A stretch of DNA of 60,000 nt, taken from the NCBI GenBank assembly GCA_038087875.1, contig CM075987.1, positions 21,392,001 through 21,452,000 on the forward strand, given 5' to 3'. Made by a program: the position numbers and the translations under genes. This stretch comes from Malacoraja senta. Its lineage: Eukaryota. Shown here piece after piece: positions 50,817 through 60,000 of the stretch. Below the pieces are notes generated by a model, which had not been told where the DNA came from, searched no databases, and saw only the letters and a list, made by a program, of their open reading frames with translations. How positions within the stretch are numbered: the first letter of the stretch is position 1; every line of letters begins with the position of its first letter.

Positions 50817-52705
50817 GTAAGTGGGTTTTCTGTTGCATGGTTTCATGTTTTTGTATTGTTAATTAGAAATGTAATTTTTATTGTTAATCTTTAGTCTTTC
50901 ACGCCCTACCGGACTACACAACGGCCTATTGTAACCACAGTACACATTGGTACTCACATGGAAGTAGGTGCCCCTTGCTGTGTAGTGCAGTGTTTATGCT
51001 TTGAATTTCCTCTCTTGAGTTGAAAATGTAATTATTTTCCTTTGACTTTATTATTGGCTGTCCTTTTAAAATTGTTAATATTGAATTTCTGATCTGAGCC
51101 TCGGTGTCACTTTGTAATTGGCTGAGAAAATTTTAATAATAAAGTTGAATTGCCTCGTAGTACTATCCAAGCTTCCTTCAAAAGTGAAACGTGCTGGTAC
51201 TGCATAATTTTCAATATTGTGGTTTTCTTCAATCATCGTACTTGACTAAATGCCTTTCTTTCAACTTTGAGGGTAGGAAGCAGCTTGTAGAGTATTTTCT
51301 GACAGTAAATAAAAGAGCAAAGCATTATTTGTGATAACCCCATCTGTACAAGTAGAACGTTGCTTATCAATTTAAAACCATATTATTCATGGTGGGGATA
51401 GTTGTTCGGAAACTGCAAGCATAAGGAATGTTATCTTGCATTTGAAGTGTATTGACTCCTTTTGGCATCTTTGCATGTGTAAAATTACACTCAAACGATT
51501 AGCTTTGCTTTAAAATGGTTTACTTCATCTTTATAGTTTTAGCTTATCCAATCTAGTTGGGATCCACTTAAATTCACGACATTTCTCTTCTGCCTGTTGT
51601 ATGGCTGCAAAATGGGGAAAAAAACTATTATGACTTTAAATTCTAGTTTACATTTTTTTTTTAAACCCAAGCAGTTAACATTACTTTTTCTTCACTTCAA
51701 GTAATATTCACATCTTTTTTTTGTTTTCATGTGCTCCTGGTGGTATAGTCTAATCGTGTTTAAAAAAAAATGGTATACTGTTCAAGGTTTTCCAAAAGTG
51801 TTTGCTGATTGAAACAATCTTCTTTGCAAATGGAAGCTCTGAGAGCCTTTTTAGACGAGAGTCTGTGAACATCTGTCTGTCTTATAAATGGGATCTCTTG
51901 CCACAATCAGCTTTTTTGCTGCATATTACCCACAATTTTTTGTTGGTTATGATTCTGGTGGATTTTCATTTAAATATATGCCAGTAATATATGCTATTAA
52001 TTGCAGTAATTTTCACCTTTTAATCTTTGGGGGGAAAAATTGTGATGAATGTATCATCACAATTCATCTAGTTTTGTGATTTTTGTCATTCATACCTTAT
52101 CATAAACTTTCTACTTCCCAAAATAAGAGCGAGTCCAATGCTTTCAGAGTGGCACAATTGGTCTTCTGGCTTGAGCATTTTACATTGGTTAGACCGATCT
52201 TTCCTTTTTTCTGCCATTTAATTTCCTGAAATTATATTTATGGTAAAATAGTAATACACGATTAACCAAAATGGGTGTCAAAGCTTCTTATTTGATCACC
52301 TTTATTTTTGAATGTGTGTGTGTGTGGCACTCATGAGAAAAATATAATACAAAGTTGAGAATATAATATCCAGTTTGAAATCTGTAGTGTGGTTGCAGGA
52401 AGCCTTACTTGTAATTTTATCAACAGAAACAGCTGTCAGAGGTTGTTTCCATCTTTTGTTCTGCTTCCTTTGAAAGAATGCTGTTGTAATAGAACTTGAT
52501 CAATGTAAAGCTCTTGAAGGTAATCTACCACTACTTACCTATAAGAAGACAGCTGCAGTATTATGTGGGACACCGGTTTGTACAGAAACATGAATTGTAA
52601 AATTGTGATGTGATGGCATTCAAAAACCTAACACCATTTGCCTTTGTTCTGTTTGCAAAAAAAAAAGCGGATTTTCTTTGATCAGTTTCGTTTCTGACTT
52701 TCAAG

Positions 52706-52846
52706 ACCCGACTGGAGGAACTTCATCAACTATGGGCGCGCCTGCTGGAGAAAATGAGGGAGAAGGGGATTCGACTTCTGCAGACGCAGAAGCTGGTGCA
52801 GTATCAGCGAGAGTGTGATGATGTCATGGACTGGATCAATGATAAG
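52706..52846 (+). CDS. SPTAN1: SPTAN1 coding exon, 141 nt, AAG acceptor
   Basis: aag|ACC...AAG|gtcag; TRLEELHQLWARLLEKMREKG...CDDVMDWINDK. Confidence 0.95.
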
Positions 52847-53572
52847 GTCAGTAGTTTGTTTTAGTGATAAGAATTGGAATATCTAGTTACACAGCAGGAG
52901 AAAACGTGCAGTTGAATTAGATTAAAAATGGCCTTTGAATAGTCAATGAGAGCATCATGTTCCATCATACACTGCAACGGCAGCTTCTCCATGTTAGAAA
53001 GATATGCCTGTACAAAAAGTTGCATGTTCTTAAATGGTCTTATTACCGATGAAGAGGTCAATAATTCATGTTAACCATTAAACCTCTGTGAGAGATGGGA
53101 GAGTTTATAGCAATCAACGTTGAAAAAAGAATATTCACCCAATCATGTCTCTGTTAACCTTTCGAATGAGCAGTTCATACCTCTATCACAAAAGCCTACT
53201 GACTTTTGTTTCGTATTTGAAATTGTGCTTTGTTTATTAAAATGCAACATTGTGTACTTGAATAGTAATATCATCAATGCCCTGGAGTTTCACAAGTTTT
53301 ATTTTGGGGGGGAATCTAAGATCATTTCCACGTGGCACAACAGATAATCTGCCTGAAATGAAGTTCTGAGCCTAAATGTCAGGAAAGATGCTGTGGATTT
53401 TTAAAAATTGAGAAATAGATCTTATTTTTAATTTGATTCAAAGCTATTTGATGAATTTCCCTTTTTGTGGAGCATAATTTCATTGATTAACATGGATAAA
53501 ATATTTTACTTTGTACTTTGTTTCTTTGTATTTCAAAATCATACTTAAGCTAATTAAAGTTCCAACTTTTAG

Positions 53573-53719
53573 GAGGCTTTTGTGACATCAGAGGAAGTTG
53601 GCCAGGATTTGGAGCATGTGGAGGTTTTGCAGAAGAAATTTGAGGAATTCCAAACTGACCTTGCAGCTCACGAGGAGCGTGTTAATGAAGTTAATCAACT
53701 TGCTGGAAAACTGGAGCAG
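53573..53719 (+). CDS. SPTAN1: SPTAN1 coding exon, 147 nt
   Basis: tag|GAG...CAG|gtttg; EAFVTSEEVGQDLEHVEVLQKKFEEFQTDLAAHEERVNEVNQ. Confidence 0.96.
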
Positions 53720-53901
53720 GTTTGAGAAAGCTTTTTAAGTTAAGAATGGGTTAGCTATTTATCTATAGTTCTGTTCTGAAGCTAAATCTGCACTGCAATT
53801 CTGCATTAAATTGGGAATATTTCTGGTGCCTTTTTTGAAAGTACTGTAAATACGTTAATTGTGGAGAGAAACCTGTTACTATCATCTTTCTCTTTCTGCA
53901 G

Positions 53902-54035
53902 GAGAATCATCCTGAGCTGACACTTATCACCCATCGTCAGGATGAGGTCAATGTTGCTTGGCAACGTCTCAAGGGTCTGGTACTACAACGGCAAGGAAAA
54001 CTTTTTGGAGCTGCAGAAGTACAGCGTTTTAATAG
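53902..54035 (+). CDS. SPTAN1: SPTAN1 coding exon, 134 nt
   Basis: cag|GAG...AG|gtgag; [26 protein letters not shown]...[12 protein letters not shown]. Confidence 0.97.
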
Positions 54036-54491
54036 GTGAGTCAACTGTTATGTTTGAGAAAATAATAAAAGCCTCCTGAATAGTGAGAAGGTTATCCCGG
54101 ATTCCAGTACTTGGTAATCTGCTTTGAGGAAACTGCATTAGCCGTATTTAATCCCAATCAGTTTAATTTTCAACGGATTATTGTTCCAAACTCTGCAGGA
54201 AGCTAAATAGTTCCTTTTTGCGGGTTTGGGGAATAAAAGCTTTGTAATTTAGCCTTTAATTGAGTAGCGTTTACGTGTTATTTTAAGTTGGATGCAAAAT
54301 AAACAAGAACCCCCTTTTCAACACTTTAATTCTTTTGCATCGTATGAAAAATAATTTCCACTAATATACTTTAAAAACCATTTTCATGGTAAAAAAAACA
54401 TTGAATGGAAGCAAAGGAGAGTTAGATAGTGTTTGTGTTAAATTAGTGTTGCAGCTTCAACTTCTGAATATATGCTTATTAAAAATTATAG

Positions 54492-54636
54492 AGATGTGGA
54501 TGAAACCATTAGTTGGATTAAAGAGAAAGAACAGCTAATGGCTTCGGATGATTTTGGACGTGACCTGGCCAGTGTGCAAACACTTCTTCGTAAGCATGAA
54601 GGCTTGGAGAGAGATCTAGCAGCTCTTGAGGATAAG
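54492..54636 (+). CDS. SPTAN1: SPTAN1 coding exon, 145 nt
   Basis: tag|A...AAG|gtaat; DVDETISWIKEKEQLMASDDFGRDLASVQTLLRKHEGLERDLAALEDK. Confidence 0.96.
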
Positions 54637-54893
54637 GTAATCCTAGAAATCTGATGGCTAGAAATCTACAAATTATTTATGTGCTTTTAAAATGTAGTTT
54701 TGGTTTCTGTATGATAATCAAGTGCTATTAGCACTAAATAAATAATAGGCTTTTAAATAAATTCATGTGCTTTAGCTACTGGAAAGAACTCAACTTATTT
54801 ATATGGGTGCTGAGGACCTATGGTGACTGAAATCTGACATTGTAATGTTACAGATTTAATAATACTATTTATTCATTCCCAGCGCTACAAGCG

Positions 54894-55739
54894 CAACACT
54901 GCAACCCCGCAACACTGCTCTCTCTCCCCATCCCCTCACTCGGAAAAAGGGCAGAGTCCCCCCTAGTCCTCACCTTCCACCCCACTAGCCGTCACATACA
55001 ACAAATAGTCCTCCGTCATTTTCACCACTTCCAACGTGACCCCACCACTCGCCACATCTTCCCATCTTTCCGCAAAGACCGCTCCCTCCGTAACTCCCTG
55101 GTCAATTCTTCCCTTCCCACCCTCACCACCCCCTCCCCGGGGACTTTCCCTTGCAACCGCAGGAGATGCTACACGTGTCGCTTTACCTCCCCCCTCGACT
55201 ACATTCAAGGACCCAAGCAGTTGTTCCAGGTGCGACAGGTTCATCTGCACCTCCTCCAACCTCATCTATTGCATTCGCTGCTCTAGATGTCAGCTGATCT
55301 ACATCGGTGAGACCAAGCGTAGGCTTGGCGATCGTTTCGCCGAACACCTCCGCTCAGTCCGCATGAACCAACCTGATCTCCCTGTGGCTCAGCACTTCAA
55401 CTCCCCCTCCCATTCCGAATCCGACCTTTCTGCCCTGGGCCTCCTCCATGGCCAGATTGAGCACCACCGGAAATTGGCGGAGCAGCACCTCATATTCCGC
55501 TTGGGCAGTTTGCACCCCAGCGGCTTGAACATTGACTTCTCCAATTTCCGGTAGCCCTTGCTGTCTCCTCCCCTTCTCAGCTCTCCCTCAGCCCTCTGGC
55601 TCCTCCTCTTCCTTTCTACTTCCCGCCTCCCCACCCTGCATCAGTCTGAAGAAGGGTTTTGGCCCGAAGCGTTGCCTAGTTCCTTCGCTCCATAGATGCT
55701 GCCGCACCCGCTGAGTTTCTCCAGCATTTTTGTCTACCT
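54894..55739 (+). mobile_element. 5'-truncated Penelope-like element (GIY-YIG endonuclease plus 3' terminus)
   Basis: ORF 55036-55554 has NLIYCIRCSRCQLIYIGETKRRLGDRFAEH...GLN; 13-bp TSD AGCGCTA(C/A)AAGCG at 54881-54893 and 55740-55752. Confidence 0.93.
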
Positions 55740-55934
55740 AGCGCTAAAAGCGTCAGATTATAAATGAAAAAAATCATTCCATTTGGCATGGAGAACAGTT
55801 ATTTAATTCTTAAATAATTAAAGTAATGAAAAGATAACTGCAGCTAAAACTGCAACTATTATTTGGCACATAATTCATTTCTCAAACATGAGATATATTA
55901 TCATTGATATTAACTTTTTATTTTTGTTTTGCAG

Positions 55935-56089
55935 GTGAAGGCACTCACTTCTGAGGCAGATCGCCTGCAACAGTCACACCCACAGAACGCAGCCCAGATT
56001 CAGGTCAAACAAGAAGAGCTTATTCAAAATTGGGGGCGAATCCGCACCTTGGCAGCGCAAAGGCATACCCGTCTGGATGATTCATACAG
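55935..56089 (+). CDS. SPTAN1: SPTAN1 coding exon, 155 nt
   Basis: cag|GTG...AG|gtaaa; VKALTSEADRLQQSHPQNAAQIQVKQEELIQNW...RLDDSYR. Confidence 0.97.
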
Positions 56090-56919
56090 GTAAAAGTGGC
56101 ATTGAGAAGGCCAAATAGTTACACTGGGACCTCAAGAAAGTGACAAGGGAATTTGCTTTCTATTTAGCCAGTATTAGTATTCTAATACAGGACATATCTT
56201 GCAAATCTTTTATTGAAGTAACCATAAATAGGGCTTCTGATTTCAAAATCTATGTTTCATGGTGACTTGACAAAGTAACATTTTGCCTTAAAAAAAGCAA
56301 TGAATTATTTTCTCTCATATGATTAACAGAGCCGCACTGGCTCGGGTATGTTTACTGCTGAAACCTATTTGTCTCCTAAACGTGAACATTTCAAAGTGCT
56401 CAAAACTAGCCTCCCATCTTCCAGTCTTTGACTCATTCAAAGTTTTGTTGCTTTTAGCCAAGTCTGCATTGTCACACTATTATGTTTTTTCTATGTTGCC
56501 CAATATTAAGGTTTGTTCTCGCGTTTTCACCTCCTTACTCAAATCTTGCCCTGACTTGTCATTTTGTGAGCTACAATTCTGGTCTCCTTTTATCCCCACT
56601 CCTATTGTTAGCAGCTGCACTCTGTGGCTGTGGAGCTCCTTCACCTGGAACACATCCCTAATTCCCTGCCCCTCATATTCTTATAATCTTTTCAGTTTGC
56701 CTTGGTCTTTGTCTTCATATTTCCTTCCTCGCTTAGCTTGTGGCCTTTTCTTTGAATGGAAGTCTTGACTATTGGATTAAGCAGAATAATCACAAGACGT
56801 CAACAGGTGCAGTGCTTGAAGTGTTTAATTATCTGGTTTTGTAGTAAAGTGTTCTGTGATGGTTGGAGAATTGTTCATGAAAGTGACCATAGTTTGAGAC
56901 TATGTTAAATTTTTCCTAG

Positions 56920-57055
56920 GCTGCAACGTTTCCTAGCAGATTTCCGTGACCTGACAAGCTGGGTGACTGAAATGAAGGCGCTCATCAGTGCTGACGAATT
57001 GGCGAATGACGTGGCTGGAGCAGAGGCATTACTTGATAGACATCAGGAACATAAG
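56920..57055 (+). CDS. SPTAN1: SPTAN1 coding exon, 136 nt
   Basis: tag|G...AAG|gtgat; [45 protein letters not shown]. Confidence 0.97.
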
Positions 57056-57595
57056 GTGATTCTAGTCTTATACCATTCTAAGTGTGTAGGCTCACTTGTT
57101 AAGGGATGTGAAAAGAACACTAAATGCCTAGTCAAAATACTATGAAATATTTACCAAAAAAAATTACTACAAGCAGGAAATTGTTGAAGAAGCACATATA
57201 ATCATACTAATTGCCATCTCTACTAATTTACACAACATAAACACGCTTCTGCTATATTCAGGTACTCATTTTTTGACGTGAATGTGATGCCTGATCGATT
57301 TTAATGGTTATATACTTGTTTATTCAAGTGTGAAACAGTCACTCTCAACTGGTATTATTCATTAAGTTTGAAGATGAACAGGCTGTTTCCAACTTTGATA
57401 TATCTAGATCAATTCAATTTGTTTGATTATTGGAGCTTTCATTCACAAAATGCAGATGGAGAAATTCTGCATCGCTAAAGACATCACTGCCTAATTACAA
57501 ATGAATATTATTGTAATAAACGAATAAAGCAGATTATAAAGATTTTAATGACCTGAACAGAAATTAATGTAACATTTACATCTCATATTTTCCAG

Positions 57596-57697
57596 GGTGA
57601 AATTGATGCTCATGAAGACAGTTTCAAGACAACAGATGAAGCGGGACAAGCTCTGCTTGCTGGTGAGCACTACGCATCTGATGAGGTCCGAGAGAAG
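57596..57697 (+). CDS. SPTAN1: SPTAN1 coding exon, 102 nt
   Basis: cag|GGT...AAG|gtacg; GEIDAHEDSFKTTDEAGQALLAGEHYASDEVREK. Confidence 0.97.
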
Positions 57698-58294
57698 GTA
57701 CGATATTCCCGCATCGAAGCTGTCAATATTTTTTGCTATTAAGGAAATTGCAATGTTGCTCTTTCTGAAATTACATGAATCTTAATGATAAATATTCATT
57801 AGTTTTGTCAGATGGTGCAATCCTTGGAAATTGTTCTCTTTTCAGGATTAGTGAAACCAACTAATTTCTGTGAATGCTTTTGTTTTACATTACCTTCCTG
57901 TGTGAAAATTCACAAGGAGAGCAATTTTCCTTTGATTGGTTATACTAACCATGTAATTTAGTAGAAGCTGAAGCGATTATGATTACCAAATACAACTTGA
58001 AATTTCGACTATGTTACCTTTCATGCACATATTTGTCGATGAATTTGGATCCACATGGTCTTTTAGACCAGGTAGACACAAAACATACATGGGAATTGGT
58101 TATTATCGCTTTTTTATACCCATATTTTACATGTTGAAGTACTCCCTCCTGTACAACTAGGTGTAGATTGGATCTGTATACTGTCGTGATTGATGGCCTG
58201 CCGATTTGTTGTATCTTCAAGGAAAAAGCTGCTTCTTCCTTTCTTTCTAATGAGAAAGTGATTCGCTGTGATTCATATCTTAATTCTAACATTG

Positions 58295-58500
58295 AGTCAA
58301 AGAGCTGTATAGCATGAAACAGACCCTTCTACCCCATCTTGTCCATGCTGCGCAAGTTGGTGGACTGGGCAAGTCGCATTTGCCCATGGCCCTATAAACC
58401 CTTCCATATACCTATCCAAATGTCTTATAAAAGTCATAATTGTATTCGCGTCTCTAGCTTTCTCTGGCAGCTCATTCCAGATATGGATACCCTTTATTGC
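58295..58500 (-). mobile_element. CR1 3' fragment
   Basis: Minus ORF has IWNELPEK...FIRHLDRYM. Confidence 0.75.
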
Positions 58501-58797
58501 TTTCTTGTCCCTATATTCTAGCACAGAAGGATTTGCTTGATCTCAACTGCCTAAATCTGACGTGCTTCCTTTTTCTTCCTTGATCTCAAGTGCCTAAATC
58601 AGTCATATACTTCCTTTTTCCTGACCAGAGCCTTAACATCTTGTCAACCAGTTGGGGTTTTACCTTTCTGCATAACTGAAAATTTGATTTTTTTAATATC
58701 TAAAGTTTGTCTATTTCTGGTAATTCAAATAATCATAGGTGTATATAATTTTTCTGTTTGAATCTAATGATTGTAAATGTCTTGATTTATTTCTTAG

Positions 58798-58935
58798 CTG
58801 GGAATTCTTGCTGAGGAGAAAGTTTCTCTTCTCGACCTGTGGGAGCTCCGTAGACACCAATATGAGCAGTGCATGGATCTGCAGCTCTTCTACCGTGACA
58901 CTGAGCAGGTCGATAACTGGATGAGCAAACAGGAG
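58798..58935 (+). CDS. SPTAN1: SPTAN1 coding exon, 138 nt (gene continues past the window)
   Basis: tag|CTG...GAG|gtaag; LGILAEEKVSLLDLWELRRHQYEQCMDLQLFYRDTEQVDNWMSKQE. Confidence 0.97.
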
Positions 58936-60000
58936 GTAAGTTAATTTCCATTACTTTCCATTTTAATTATTTTACCGTTCACTTTTAAACCTATGCCTCT
59001 AGTTATCATAAAATTATTTTATTTTTACCCCAATTGCCTCTGCCTTGGCCTAGCATAATTTAATTCTACAATATTAAATCTGTCTTCAACTGCAGCCGAG
59101 TTGGTTGCTTCTCTGCTCTAAGACCCCAGAGCCTGGAGAAGACTTCAGTCCCCTGGTCCTATCACTACTTGTACTTTGGTGATCAAAATTGTACTGTGCA
59201 CGCTGACTAGCATTTTTCTATTATGCACAGTATATACCTGCCCTTGTATTCTGTGCCTAGTCTACTTGACCTGCTATTTTTGGGACTATGTAGTCAGGCA
59301 CTTGCAGCTCTCTCTTCCATTGCACTTTACTATTCCAGCACTTTGCATTAGCTTGCCTTGCTTGCTCTTCCCAAATGCATCACTCTGCATTTCTCTGGAT
59401 TGACACTCCTTTTGCCACTTTAACCAATCCATTGGTATGCTCTTTAAAACCTATTATGGCACTAGACTTTTTTTAAACCTTAATAGGCCCTTTACATTTT
59501 CCCCTTTCCGTGTTTATAAAAGCACTTGGTGATATCCTTTTATTTTGCATACAATGATTTTTTTTTCATGCATCTACTTTGCTTTCAAAATTTATTTAAA
59601 ATCATTCCTGCACTTTCTGCTGTCTGGAGTATAGAAGGTATTGCCTTGTTTGTATCTTAAACCTTGTTGAACCCCTTTCTGTTATGTTTCTTAGCACCGA
59701 GGATGTCTAGAAATGGGAGTTCTTAAACATTTTTCATTGACTCATCCGTTTTTAATTTATCAAAACAAATTTGCTTGAACTGTCTCCATTCTGAAATCCT
59801 CTCATTCTGCTGGCTCAGTTTACATTTACTGAGGTTTGAGAATGGAATTTCACATTGACAGCTGTAGGTTGAATGAGAAGTTGAAAGATGTGGTCTTCAA
59901 CTGCAAATTACTGATTAGATTGTAGGATAATGTATGGCTGACAAGTTTTCATGTACGTTTTCAGCACTAAAACATTGGAGAAAACCTGCAGTATCATTAG

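Noticed and set aside
55036..55554. GIY-YIG ORF as a host nuclease gene
   Set aside because: 5'-truncated Penelope element with a TSD and a frameshifted upstream region

Overview
Vertebrate nuclear DNA. The repeats (HE1-type V-SINEs, CR1, Penelope termini, Deu-domain SINEs) point to a cartilaginous fish, probably a skate or ray. Two protein-coding genes lie in tandem on the + strand, in the order I recall for human 9q34. The first is GLE1: 14 coding exons from 7567 to the TGA at 30831, with the 5' exons upstream of the window. The second is the 5' part of SPTAN1 (alpha-II spectrin): a CpG-island promoter and non-coding exon 1 ending at 38629, then 11 coding exons from the ATG at 47090 to 58935, continuing past the window. 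All exons were read by hand with GT-AG borders and consistent phases. Nearly all long ORFs in the track are TE fragments or microsatellite artefacts. Introns are full of decayed L1, CR1, L2/Crack, Rex1, RTE and Penelope elements, SINEs, a solo LTR and a ~1.04 kb TIR element with 7-bp TSDs. I found no clearly new multi-gene system. The best leads are: an SPTAN1 intron I do not recall in human, flanked by a TAGGTA duplication; a 7-bp-TSD TIR family; short Penelope-derived insertions with hammerhead-ribozyme cores; and two near-perfect palindromes near the SPTAN1 promoter. Comparisons to human sequences are from memory and need checking by alignment.
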